64,000 bases of DNA from the NCBI GenBank assembly GCA_964512085.1, contig CAZEIU010000001.1, forward strand, positions 7,647-71,646, read 5' to 3'. Source of the DNA: an uncultured Candidatus Saccharibacteria bacterium (lineage in GTDB: Bacteria > Patescibacteriota > Saccharimonadia > CAILAD01 > BJGX01). This document shows, one piece after another, positions 36,250 through 45,979 of the stretch; position 1 is the first letter of the stretch, and the number at the start of each line of letters is the position of its first letter. The notes under the pieces are model-generated. The model was not told where the DNA came from. It ran no database searches and saw only the letters and a list, made by a program, of their open reading frames with translations. Made by a program: the position numbers and the translations under genes.

Positions 36250-38223
36250 ATGAACTGTTCAGATATAGTTAATAACATGAGCTACTTTTACTTAAAACAA
36301 AAGATAGATCGAGTTAACCCCTCTACTATAACTGTAGATATTTTTGATACACTCTTGCTAAGAAAATGGCAGCCCGAGCCTTGGCGTTTTTACAAACTTG
36401 CTAAAGCTACTAGCGACATATTGAACAAGTCTGGTTTTCGAACTACCCAAATGCAAATATTTGAACTTAGAAATTATTATTCTAGTATCTTGCGTCAGGC
36501 AAATTTAGAGACCGGTTTTGATTATGAGACAAAATACGAAGATATTGTGAAAAACATTATTATTAGTTTGCAAAAAAGACAAAACATCAATGCTAGCAAA
36601 AATACAATTAAAACATTAGTAGATAAAATTAAAAATAATGAACTAGAGTTTGAGTCTAAACAACTGTATTTGAATAAAAAATTATATAAAACAATTATTC
36701 CCTACCTAAGCAAGGGTATGGACATATATTTCGTAAGCGATATGTATTTGAGCAGTCAAGACTTGTCTTTTCTTTTAAAAAAATGTGGCAGTAAACTTAT
36801 CTACAAAGGCTTAAGCTCGGCAGATGAACTTTTGGGCAAAAGTAGTTCCAGATCGTTTGTGCAGTTGCAAAAAAAATACCCAAAAATCAAGCTTACCTCT
36901 ACATTACATATTGGCGACAATAAAACCGGCGATAAACTCTACCCCTTTAGGGTAGGCGTATGTACTTATTGGCTTAGACTTCCCTTACATATAATGAAAC
37001 TTAAGATGGGCAAGATAATCTTTGGGTCTATACTCAAAACCAAAAGATATTTTTACACAATTGATCGACAAAAAAAATATATGCGTAACTCAGGTTTGTT
37101 TGAGCTAAACAAGACATCTTCTACAAAAGACACTGCTCAAAGGTTGGGCTGGCTTTTTGCACCAGCAATTATTAGATACTTAGATTTTTTGGGAACATAT
37201 AGCACTGCTAGCAATTCACAAGTGGCATTTATTACGAGTGAGAGCGAAGTATTGAACCAATTTTACGAAAAGCTAGGTTTTAAAGGTGCCAAAAAATACC
37301 CTCAATTTAGTCGTAATTTTATGATACAAGCCTATAGTTCGCTTTTAAGTAAGCAGTTTAGCTTTAATTCTATTCTAGCTATTGCCAAAAAAATATTAAG
37401 GCGCAAAACCAACTCGAGCGCACTGGCAACGTTGCAAGTTTCTCAACCGGGCAGTCACAAATGGGAGTTAGTAGGAGCAAAGAGCTCTCGTAACGAAATA
37501 GAAAAATTAAACCTAGATAGTGCCTCTAAAATTTGGCAAAAAAAATACAATGAGGCATTGCGTACTTGGAAGTCTATTTCGCACAAATCAAATCAAAAAG
37601 TAATTATCGCCGATGTAGGCTGGAACGACACTATACAAATATTGTTTCATGAAATCATTAAAGAAAACAAGTTGGATTCAAGCAAATTAACTGGTAAGTA
37701 CTTAGGTCGAACCGGAACCAATATATTTAGTTCAAATATCAGCACAAATTCACAAGGCGTAATATTTAATAGTTTGAAATCAAAGCACAATAAGTATCTA
37801 TACCAGCCAGAGGTGTGGGAGAGTTTTTTAAACAATGATAATATCGACTCCCCTACCCGAAATGATATTATAGACGGCATTAATCAAGCCTTAGAGTATT
37901 TTCAGAAGTCTCCCTTGAGTGCAGATACTTACTACCAACTTAGTAGCGATTTATTAAATAAAACATTAAAAAAACCTTGCAAACAAGTTATTGAGACTTT
38001 GGCTAGCCTAAAATTTGATTATGGCACATTAGATGAGCAAATCTGCCCGCTCGTTAATATTGGTGAAAGCAAAATAAAAGTATATTACTGGCTCTTATTT
38101 AAGAGAAGTAAGTTTAAAAATTTCTATTTTCACCAAGGTTGGAAATGGGGCTCAGCAAACTATTACAACTATAAATTTGCTTACAGAATTTGGCGATTCA
38201 AAACAAAAAAACCAAGTTTTTGA
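36250..38223 (+). CDS. large hypothetical protein with N-terminal HAD-like hydrolase motifs
   Basis: 657 aa, K/N-rich, very AT-rich codons. VDIFDTLLLRK (HAD motif I, DxDxT) and HIGDNKTGD (motif IV-like) in the first ~230 aa; the C-terminal ~400 aa are unknown. Confidence 0.5.
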   Translation: MNCSDIVNNMSYFYLKQKIDRVNPSTITVDIFDTLLLRKWQPEPWRFYKLAKATSDILNKSGFRTTQMQIFELRNYYSSILRQANLETGFDYETKYEDIVKNIIISLQKRQNINASKNTIKTLVDKIKNNELEFESKQLYLNKKLYKTIIPYLSKGMDIYFVSDMYLSSQDLSFLLKKCGSKLIYKGLSSADELLGKSSSRSFVQLQKKYPKIKLTSTLHIGDNKTGDKLYPFRVGVCTYWLRLPLHIMKLKMGKIIFGSILKTKRYFYTIDRQKKYMRNSGLFELNKTSSTKDTAQRLGWLFAPAIIRYLDFLGTYSTASNSQVAFITSESEVLNQFYEKLGFKGAKKYPQFSRNFMIQAYSSLLSKQFSFNSILAIAKKILRRKTNSSALATLQVSQPGSHKWELVGAKSSRNEIEKLNLDSASKIWQKKYNEALRTWKSISHKSNQKVIIADVGWNDTIQILFHEIIKENKLDSSKLTGKYLGRTGTNIFSSNISTNSQGVIFNSLKSKHNKYLYQPEVWESFLNNDNIDSPTRNDIIDGINQALEYFQKSPLSADTYYQLSSDLLNKTLKKPCKQVIETLASLKFDYGTLDEQICPLVNIGESKIKVYYWLLFKRSKFKNFYFHQGWKWGSANYYNYKFAYRIWRFKTKKPSF

Positions 38224-38229
38224 TTTTTA

Positions 38230-39096
38230 TTATTTATCCGGAAACAAATGTGATCTACGATAGCCAATAAGATTAGCAACATTAATAAGATCTGGAGTCA
38301 TAAATACCGCCCCAGTTGCTTCTTTGTCAGGCTTGATCGGTTTTGCTTTGTTTTTATAAAGGTTTTGCGGATTTACATCAAACTTAACCTGACCTAGTTT
38401 TTTGTGCATTTTAACTAATGTGGATTTAGATGCAGAAATTTTGTATGCGCTAGGATTACCTCCTATAGCATGTAGCGCTGTCGGCTCATTTGCTAACATG
38501 CTGGTCTCAAAATTTATACCAAGTAGACGACAAATTTGTTGCATTGTTTGTTTGGGTTTATCTAAAAACTCCTCAAACTGCACAATAATATGCGGCAGAT
38601 TGAGTTGAGCTACGGTTCGCAATGCATCGTAGTATGTATCTCGCCAGGCGTTGGCCTCTACCCATATAGGACCAATTTGTCTGTCTTTACAGCTCCGTAT
38701 ATAAGCAACTGGGCTACGAGCCAATATAATTACTTTGATATTTTTTTGTACTACATTTTTTTGAGTGGCGATTCTCAACCACTCTACGTGTTTACTACCA
38801 TCTACAATAATAGGTTTATCAATCTTTTCGGAAAGCGCCTTGTGAACATCAATAGACTCAAGAGCGTTAGTTGATTTAATTAGTGAGCGATTAAATATCT
38901 CGCATTTATTACCAGCAATAATACAATCTAAACACTCACCTGCTTCTTTATCTAGATGATATTTTTTAAAATAACCTTTTGCTCGCGACAATTCACCTAT
39001 ATATCCAACTTGCGAATGGCTATTTAGAGCCCTACCCAGCAAAGTAGAGCCGCTATATGCTGTGCCTAATATAAAAACGCTTTGTTCTAAACTCAT
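38230..39096 (-). CDS. sulfotransferase-family protein
   Basis: N-terminal P-loop-like 5'-PSB motif (ILGTAYSGSTLL) and a later RSP/R-x7-S region consistent with PAPS-dependent sulfotransferases. Confidence 0.5.
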   Translation of the reverse strand: MSLEQSVFILGTAYSGSTLLGRALNSHSQVGYIGELSRAKGYFKKYHLDKEAGECLDCIIAGNKCEIFNRSLIKSTNALESIDVHKALSEKIDKPIIVDGSKHVEWLRIATQKNVVQKNIKVIILARSPVAYIRSCKDRQIGPIWVEANAWRDTYYDALRTVAQLNLPHIIVQFEEFLDKPKQTMQQICRLLGINFETSMLANEPTALHAIGGNPSAYKISASKSTLVKMHKKLGQVKFDVNPQNLYKNKAKPIKPDKEATGAVFMTPDLINVANLIGYRRSHLFPDK

Positions 39097-39151
39097 ACTC
39101 TATAGTGTAGAGCTTAAGATCATTTCTATACAACTACTTTATTGTATTTTG

Positions 39152-40486
39152 TTACTTCCAAGTCCAGGTCGAGACAAGAGTGTCGCTGGCTTTTTTGGCG
39201 GTATCGTCATTGTAAGATGTATTTATAATAAAGCCATTAATAGTTTGGCCATCTAGTTGGTAATTTTTGTTTGCAGGTATAACTACGATTGTTTGCTGAT
39301 CTAAGCCATTTACTTTTTGTATGACTTGCTTGGCATCTACATTGTTAAGTTTTATATCATTTTGAGAAGTTATGGTACCAACCTTGGCTTGATCAACAAG
39401 AGCCTGTAGGTCTGTCACTGCAGTGGTGACGGCGGTAATAGTTATATCGTATTGCGAAACACTGCCAAACTTAGCGGCAATTTTACATTGGGTAAGTGCA
39501 AAGTTGATAGTATTGGGCGTAAATGCACCAAAACTAAAACAATCTCTATCTACTTTTTTGTAGCCATCTGGAATTGTGGCTGGCGAACTGCTCTGCTCGG
39601 TAGCCTGCTGAGTTTGTTCGACTTGTTCTTGATTGAGCTCTACTGCTGGAGTTTTTTTACTGCTTGAAGTAAGCAATAGTATTAAGCTTAAAATAACTAC
39701 AAAGCCCAATACCACTGCGCCAATAATAATAAATTTTTTCTTACTACTTTTTTGAGGTGGCATCGGTGCAGCCATACCACCAATATCTAAGTTTCCTCCA
39801 AACCCTGGTGGCACACCGGCATTATCTACAGCATTTGGCATCGGGCTCACATCTACCCCTGGCTGCATCGAACCCTGTTGTTCAAAACCAACCGGCTGAC
39901 TAGCCATAGGAGATGGCTGTGGTTGGGGTGGCAATTGATTACCACTAAGGTCTAGCATATTACTACTGGGTACCTGCAATGCAGGGTCTGGCTGTACTGG
40001 TTGAGGAGCCATAGGCTCGGCTAGTGGCGGGTTAGCAGCTGGTGCTTGCTCGTAACCGGTCATATTTGCATTGCCAGAAACTTGAGGTTGGCTATATTGG
40101 TCTGAGCCTAAGGCCGGATTAACGCCGATAGAACTAGTATCTACAGGGTTGGGCTGCATAGGAGCAGATGGCACATTTTGCATGTTTTGGGCAGGATTAA
40201 CCTGATTATCTGGCATGTTATTTATAACAGCATTATCTTGAGCTGCTACAGTCTGCCAATCTGGTTGTACAGGCGAAGATGTGTCGGTAGGATTAATGCT
40301 GGTACCCGGCATAATAGAAGGGTTCATCTGATTATCAGATGGTTGCGGCACAGACCCCCCTATTTGATTTTGTGTATTGTCTGCTTGCGGAATCGGGAAT
40401 GTGTTGTCTTGCGAGTCTTGCATATCTTTGAGTATAGTATAGCAATTTGCACTCAAAAAGGCTATGTTTTTTACTATTTTTTTCAT
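39152..40486 (-). CDS. membrane-anchored protein with long Pro/Gln-rich low-complexity N-terminal region
   Basis: ~230 aa P/Q/N-rich, then one TM helix (FIIIGAVVLGFVVILSLILLL), then a ~190-aa C-terminal globular domain. Confidence 0.5.
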   Translation of the reverse strand: MKKIVKNIAFLSANCYTILKDMQDSQDNTFPIPQADNTQNQIGGSVPQPSDNQMNPSIMPGTSINPTDTSSPVQPDWQTVAAQDNAVINNMPDNQVNPAQNMQNVPSAPMQPNPVDTSSIGVNPALGSDQYSQPQVSGNANMTGYEQAPAANPPLAEPMAPQPVQPDPALQVPSSNMLDLSGNQLPPQPQPSPMASQPVGFEQQGSMQPGVDVSPMPNAVDNAGVPPGFGGNLDIGGMAAPMPPQKSSKKKFIIIGAVVLGFVVILSLILLLTSSSKKTPAVELNQEQVEQTQQATEQSSSPATIPDGYKKVDRDCFSFGAFTPNTINFALTQCKIAAKFGSVSQYDITITAVTTAVTDLQALVDQAKVGTITSQNDIKLNNVDAKQVIQKVNGLDQQTIVVIPANKNYQLDGQTINGFIINTSYNDDTAKKASDTLVSTWTWK

Positions 40487-40522
40487 TGCTCAAAATTGAA
40501 TAGTTAGTGGTAAACTATAGCT

Positions 40523-41845
40523 ATGAGTATTAAGAATAAATTAATAAGATATGTACCAAAAACAGTGCTTGATAACTTTCATTATCCAGAGTCGATTTTT
40601 TATGCCAAAAAGTACAAAAAGCCGTCTAGCAATATGATTGTAATTGGTGTTGTGGGTAGCAAAGGCAAGACTACTACTGCCAACTTTGTATGGTCAGTAT
40701 TGACTGCTGCTGGACATATGGTGGGTCAAATTGGTACTGCCAATATTAGAATAGGTAATGACGAAAGTCCCAACCCTTGGCATATGACTATGCCGGGAGC
40801 CAAAAAAATGCAAACCCTGCTAGCCAAAATGCAAAATAAAGGCTGTAATTTTGTAGTGATGGAGGTTCCATCTGAAGCACAAACCCAATGGAGACACATT
40901 GGAATAGAATTTGATGTAATTATATTTACCGGAGTTGAGCAAGAGATAATGGCTGCCCACAGAGGAAGCATGGAAATATTGCACAAACACAATAAACGTG
41001 TGCTCTCTTCTACAGCAAATAGCTCGCAAAAAATAATTAATCATAAAAATATCGAAAAAGTTCTTATTGCTAATGCCGATAGCCCCTATATTAATGACTA
41101 CAGCCTATTTGATTTTGATCACAGACTAACATATAGCATTGATAAGCCGAGTGATTACCGAGCAACAGAACTTAAGGTAAGTTCTACAGGTACGTCTTTT
41201 AAGATTAACGGTCATAAATACCGCATTAATTTAATTGGCAATGTTAATGCTCTAAACGCTGCTGCAGCTACCTCTGTAGCTGAGGTATTTAATGTGCTAC
41301 CAGCGCAAATTCAAGAGGGCTTTAAAAACCTCAAGACAATCCCTGGGCGAATGGAAAAAATAAACTTAGGTCAAAAATTCTTAGTATTTGTCGATTATGC
41401 TCACGACCAAATTAGCCTAACAAAACTTTTAGAAACCGGTCGACAGTTAATTGATGATAAAAATAAGATAATTGTACTATTTGGCGGACAAGGCGGCGGT
41501 AGAGACATAAAGAAACGAGCTGAGATGGGCAAAATTGCCGCCAAACTTGCCGACTATGTCGTTGTGAGTGATGACGATCCTTATGATGACGACCCAATGC
41601 AGATTATTAACGACATAGCTGAAGGTGCCGAAAAATACGGCAAAGTCAAAGACAAAGATTTATTCTTAATTCAAGATAGAAGAAGAGGTATCTATAAGGC
41701 CCTTAAGTTGGCTAAGCCGGGCGATTTGGTTTTTATTGCCTGCAAAGGAGCTGATCAGCTCATGATGATTGCCAACAATAAATCAATAAAATGGGACGAT
41801 CGCGAAGTTACACGTGAGGAGTTAAGTAAAATAGTTAAAAAATAA
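40523..41845 (+). CDS. Mur ligase family protein
   Basis: ATP-binding P-loop of Mur ligases (VIGVVGSKGKTTTANFV) and a C-terminal Mur-ligase domain; exact substrate specificity not assignable. Confidence 0.65.
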   Translation: MSIKNKLIRYVPKTVLDNFHYPESIFYAKKYKKPSSNMIVIGVVGSKGKTTTANFVWSVLTAAGHMVGQIGTANIRIGNDESPNPWHMTMPGAKKMQTLLAKMQNKGCNFVVMEVPSEAQTQWRHIGIEFDVIIFTGVEQEIMAAHRGSMEILHKHNKRVLSSTANSSQKIINHKNIEKVLIANADSPYINDYSLFDFDHRLTYSIDKPSDYRATELKVSSTGTSFKINGHKYRINLIGNVNALNAAAATSVAEVFNVLPAQIQEGFKNLKTIPGRMEKINLGQKFLVFVDYAHDQISLTKLLETGRQLIDDKNKIIVLFGGQGGGRDIKKRAEMGKIAAKLADYVVVSDDDPYDDDPMQIINDIAEGAEKYGKVKDKDLFLIQDRRRGIYKALKLAKPGDLVFIACKGADQLMMIANNKSIKWDDREVTREELSKIVKK

Positions 41846-41865
41846 CTTAGTTATCAATTCAAATA

Positions 41866-42741
41866 TTATTTTATTGCTATGCTTTTTTGCTTAGCCGTAC
41901 AGTAACATTCATAAACCTTTTCGCAATCTTTGCAGCTAATAAAAAGCTTATGACAGCTTTTGTCGGCACAGTCTACAAATCTGTCGCAGGGTTTTTGGCA
42001 ATGCTCGCATTTTGCAAGAACTTCTTTGCCACTTTTAGTTTCGGTATTAGTTATCATCCGCTGGTCAAAAACAAAGTTTTTGCCCTTAAAGTAACCATTG
42101 GGGTATTTCTCTAAATACTTTACAATGCCACCATCTAGCTGACAGACGTCCTCAAAGCCTTCTTCTGTAAGCACGGCGCCGGCTTTTTCGCATCTAATAC
42201 CACCGGTACAGTAAATTAATGCTTTTTTGGTCTTATCGACCTTTAAATTCTTAACTTTTTCAGGTAGCTCAAAAAATCTTTGAGTGTTTGGCTGTATTGC
42301 TCCTTCAAACCGCCCTACCTTATACTCATAGTCGTTGCGCATATCTATTATAGTAACGTCTTCTTTCTGCTCAATAAGCTTATGAAATTCTTCTGGCGAA
42401 ATATGTTTACCGCTTTTTTTAACATCTACTTTTTTACCAAGAGTCACTATCTCGTCTCGTCGTCTAACTATCATTTTCTTAAACGGCCAATTTCCGCTAT
42501 AGCTACGTTTAAAAACAATATCACCAAATAGTGGATGAGCATCCATATATTCACGATATTTTCGTAATTGAGCTTTGGTACCAGCAACGGTTCCATTAAT
42601 GCCCTCAGAGGCAATAATAATACGCCCCTTGAGGCCTATTCCTTCACAGACTAGTTTATGTTGCATAGTCTCAAATTTGGGGTTTGGTACTTCTACAAAT
42701 TTATAATACAAAAATACATATATAGCTTTTGACATAGCCAA
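41866..42741 (-). CDS. trhO: rhodanese-domain tRNA uridine(34) hydroxylase TrhO/YceA-like (UPF0176) with Cys-rich C-terminal extension
   Basis: ASEGINGTVAG motif, rhodanese active-site Cys (YCTGGIRCEKA) and a C-terminal Cys cluster. Confidence 0.65.
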   Translation of the reverse strand: MAMSKAIYVFLYYKFVEVPNPKFETMQHKLVCEGIGLKGRIIIASEGINGTVAGTKAQLRKYREYMDAHPLFGDIVFKRSYSGNWPFKKMIVRRRDEIVTLGKKVDVKKSGKHISPEEFHKLIEQKEDVTIIDMRNDYEYKVGRFEGAIQPNTQRFFELPEKVKNLKVDKTKKALIYCTGGIRCEKAGAVLTEEGFEDVCQLDGGIVKYLEKYPNGYFKGKNFVFDQRMITNTETKSGKEVLAKCEHCQKPCDRFVDCADKSCHKLFISCKDCEKVYECYCTAKQKSIAIK

Positions 42742-42835
42742 GATTATACCAGAAAACTTAGCTTTATTGCATATATTGTAGCTATATGCTAAATTATCAC
42801 TCGGTGTACCTTAAATCCTCTCCCAAAGGAGTGAA

Positions 42836-43552
42836 GTGTCAAACAGTCACTTGCCGGTTGATAGAATTTTGGTCAAAATTTCTGGTGAATCACTTAAGGG
42901 AAGTTCTAGTGAAGTAATCGACCCCGATGAACTCAAGAGAGTTGCTCAAGACATTGCCGATGTTGTGAACAACGATACTCAAGTTGTTATCGTTGTTGGG
43001 GCGGGTAATATTTGGCGTGGAGCCAATCACCACGAGATCAACCAATCAGATGCCGACTACCTTGGTATGACAGCAACAATTATCAATGGTGGCGCGTTGG
43101 GTAGCGCTCTAAAAGGGCTTGGTGTTGAGACTCGCGTAATGACAGCATTGCCTATAGATAAAGTGTGTGAGCCATATCTTTTTAGGCGAGCGATACGACA
43201 CTTAGAAAAAGGCCGAGTGGTAATTTGCGTAGCAGGTACGGGCAACCCATTTTGCACCACAGACTTTACAGCTGCATTACGTGCTGCAGAACTAGAGTGC
43301 GATGTGATCTATATGGGTAAAAACGGCGTTGATGGTGTATACGACTCTGATCCTCGCACCAATGAAGATGCGGTGAGATTTCACGAGCTTACTTTTAGAG
43401 AAATTATTGACCGTGGACTTGAAGTTATGGACATGACAGCAATAACCCAAGCGGGCGATAAAGGTATTCCAATCGTTGTATACAATGGCAACAAGCCTGG
43501 TGCACTTAGTGAGGTTATTTACAACTCCAAACACGGAACTGTTATTCGATAA
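42836..43552 (+). CDS. pyrH: uridylate (UMP) kinase
   Basis: ILVKISGESL... and VVIVVGAGNIWRG motifs of the amino-acid-kinase family UMP kinase; 238 aa. Confidence 0.9.
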   Translation: MSNSHLPVDRILVKISGESLKGSSSEVIDPDELKRVAQDIADVVNNDTQVVIVVGAGNIWRGANHHEINQSDADYLGMTATIINGGALGSALKGLGVETRVMTALPIDKVCEPYLFRRAIRHLEKGRVVICVAGTGNPFCTTDFTAALRAAELECDVIYMGKNGVDGVYDSDPRTNEDAVRFHELTFREIIDRGLEVMDMTAITQAGDKGIPIVVYNGNKPGALSEVIYNSKHGTVIR

Positions 43553-43586
43553 AACAATCATCCTAATTCAATTTGAATTAGGATTT

Positions 43587-44000
43587 TTATTTATCTAAAT
43601 AATCTTTCATTAAACTCCAATAGTTATCCTTCCAGCCTTGCTCAATATCACTAAAGAACTCCTCTGGAACTCCTGTTTGCATAAAGTGTAATTCACAGCC
43701 GTTGTTTTTGGGCTCAAACTCGAATGTTACTGTAGACTCTACTCCTTTTGGCCAGTCGCTAGCTCGCCAAGTCTGAACTATTTTTTTATCTATTTTGATT
43801 TCGATATTTCTGCCTGTGGCATAACCATCCCACACCGAAAAGCTATCACCTATCTTTCGACTAATTTTTGCCGGTGCTCCTGTAAAACCAGCATGTTTTT
43901 TGGCGTCCATTATTAGCTCAAAAATTTGTGAGGGGCTGGCGTTAAACTCAACCGTTTGATGAATAGTCTTTGTCATAATTGCTCGGTCTTTCTTAGCCAT
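43587..44000 (-). CDS. SRPBCC-superfamily (AHSA1/polyketide-cyclase-like) protein
   Basis: 137 aa; the pattern ...ASPSQIFELIMDAKKHAGFTGAPAKI...ELHFMQTGVPEE is typical of Activator-of-Hsp90-ATPase-homolog-like START/SRPBCC folds. Confidence 0.55.
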   Translation of the reverse strand: MAKKDRAIMTKTIHQTVEFNASPSQIFELIMDAKKHAGFTGAPAKISRKIGDSFSVWDGYATGRNIEIKIDKKIVQTWRASDWPKGVESTVTFEFEPKNNGCELHFMQTGVPEEFFSDIEQGWKDNYWSLMKDYLDK

Positions 44001-44488
44001 TTTTTGATAGCTTGTAGACTCTTGTCTAGTCGGTCATCAAAGTCGGCATCGGTTAGACTCAAATTTACTTCATTAGAGTACCTTGACAAAAAATCTTGAT
44101 GATCTTGATATGTTTTATTCAAAGCATCTAATTGGTCATAGTTTTTATATTTATAGATTTCTTCAAGTTTCTTAAGACTAAAATCTAAGCTAATAACATA
44201 CAGTTCGTAATTATTATTCTTTACCAGCTCAACTATTCTCGACCACTGCCTATCAATACTAGCATCGTAAATAAAATCTATTTTTCTATCAATAATATCT
44301 TTTAATCGCTTATCTTTCTTGCTTATGTATACATCGGTAATTAATTCGCCTTCATCCTCTTGAGTTTCAACTCGCATAGAATCATTATTGAGAATTGGCA
44401 ATCTTAGATTCCAACTCAAATAGTAAGCAATAGGTGTTTTTCCGCTCCCGATAGGCCCAGCGAATGTTATGCATACATGTCTATTCAT
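43973..44488 (-). CDS. P-loop NTPase/kinase-like protein
   Basis: Walker A FAGPIGSGKTPIA near the N-terminus; 171 aa. Overlaps the downstream gene by 28 nt. Confidence 0.5.
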   Translation of the reverse strand: MNRHVCITFAGPIGSGKTPIAYYLSWNLRLPILNNDSMRVETQEDEGELITDVYISKKDKRLKDIIDRKIDFIYDASIDRQWSRIVELVKNNNYELYVISLDFSLKKLEEIYKYKNYDQLDALNKTYQDHQDFLSRYSNEVNLSLTDADFDDRLDKSLQAIKKWLRKTEQL

Positions 44489-44500
44489 AATAATATTATA

Positions 44501-44977
44501 CTACTTCGCTAAGGCAATTATCTCGGCCATATCTTCAGACCCACTCCAGCTATTTATAATTTCGCCATTGGCATCGACCTGCACAAAGGTGTTTTCGAAC
44601 GGTACATTATATTTTTTACGAAGTGTGTAGTTTTTGTCGTAATCCACACTTAGTACCGTAAAGTTGCTGGGTAACTTAGAAGTATTGTTTTTGAGCTCTT
44701 GGTCTAACTGCTTGCTAGTTTTTGACCACTTAGCGTTAAAAAACAACACCACTTTGCCATCGCTAGCTTGAGACAGTTTGCTTACATCATAGACTTCGTA
44801 AGTACCAGCCCTTTTTTGTACTTTCGATTCTTCTGACGATGCGGTACTATCTGCTTGGACTTGATTTGTTTGAGGACTATTGTTTTTATTTTTTAGTCGA
44901 TTATAGCCATAAAAAGCTACGGCAACTACTAAAGAAATAAACAATATCGTACCAATTATAATAAATACTTTTTTCAT
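44501..44977 (-). CDS. membrane-anchored thioredoxin-fold protein lacking the CxxC motif
   Basis: N-terminal TM (MKKVFIIIGTILFISLVVAVAF) and a Trx-like region (VVLFFNAKWSKTSKQL) where the WCxxC position reads AKWSKTS. Start moved to the internal ATG (44977) to avoid a 50-nt overlap. Confidence 0.45.
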   Translation of the reverse strand: MKKVFIIIGTILFISLVVAVAFYGYNRLKNKNNSPQTNQVQADSTASSEESKVQKRAGTYEVYDVSKLSQASDGKVVLFFNAKWSKTSKQLDQELKNNTSKLPSNFTVLSVDYDKNYTLRKKYNVPFENTFVQVDANGEIINSWSGSEDMAEIIALAK

Positions 44978-44981
44978 ACAG

Positions 44982-45443
44982 TTAATTTCTATTTGTTCTT
45001 GATAGTAAAAATATCTTAAGAAGTACCACAATTACCAATATAAAAACTAGCCACAAGTCTAGCGACTTAGTCAAAACCTGCACAAATATTGCCACCGATA
45101 AAATCGCCACTATGCTTAAATAAATAAATCTTTCTAGCGCAGGCATTTGTGGATGATTGCTTTGTTTTTTTAGCTTGCGCCAATGTGTAATAATAAACGC
45201 CAAAACTGCCAGCATGAATAAAGCCAAAATAGCTAGTTGAATTGGTGCAGTTGTGGCGCTATAAAAAGGCACCATAAAAAACATTCCAAGGGCAAAAATA
45301 ATTAGCCCAATTACAACTTCTGTACCAAACTTGTGTTCAGTAAGCATATCATCTTCGGCAATGTGCTTTATTTGTGTACGTTTGGCGTGATTTTGTTGTT
45401 TTTGCTCATGCTTTTTGTGACTAGCTCTGCTCATACAAATCAT
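44982..45443 (-). CDS. hypothetical integral membrane protein
   Basis: 153 aa, basic N-terminus, four hydrophobic helices. Confidence 0.45.
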   Translation of the reverse strand: MICMSRASHKKHEQKQQNHAKRTQIKHIAEDDMLTEHKFGTEVVIGLIIFALGMFFMVPFYSATTAPIQLAILALFMLAVLAFIITHWRKLKKQSNHPQMPALERFIYLSIVAILSVAIFVQVLTKSLDLWLVFILVIVVLLKIFLLSRTNRN

Positions 45444-45480
45444 TGTATCATGGATGTTTTTGTAAATTAAAAATCACTTC

Positions 45481-45945
45481 TTACTCGAAGTGATTAGTTG
45501 AATCATCAATTGCAGCTTGATTAATTCTTCGGTGATGTTCAATTTGTCGCAATATATAATTCAGCCTTCTTTTTTTAATTCCATAGAAGCTTAATAGAAC
45601 GTTGGTGGGCGCAAATAGAAAATCTCCGAGAGTTTCGATTCTTAAATCTTGCCTGTCTTCCCACTGCCCGTTTTCGTTTAAAACTCTCGGGTGGCTTAGT
45701 AGTTTTACAATGTAGTCTGACACATCATAATCAGAAAGTAAAACCTCAAGTTCTGGGCTAGTAGGTCTTGCAGCTGCGCTACCTAGTTTAGAAATTCGTT
45801 TTGGCTTTTCATTTCCTACTTGAATGTCTAGAGAGATAGCTCGGTATGGTGATTTTGCAGCATCTATACATTTCAACCCACCCTTATCAATAAAATCAAA
45901 ATAGTCATCTTCACACGCCAAAGTAAGAATCACTTTTACTGGCAT
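45481..45945 (-). CDS. hypothetical protein
   Basis: 154-aa ORF, no motif. Confidence 0.4.
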   Translation of the reverse strand: MPVKVILTLACEDDYFDFIDKGGLKCIDAAKSPYRAISLDIQVGNEKPKRISKLGSAAARPTSPELEVLLSDYDVSDYIVKLLSHPRVLNENGQWEDRQDLRIETLGDFLFAPTNVLLSFYGIKKRRLNYILRQIEHHRRINQAAIDDSTNHFE

Positions 45946-45979
45946 GCCTCTCCTCTCCTAAGAAGGTGCTGGGAGTATT

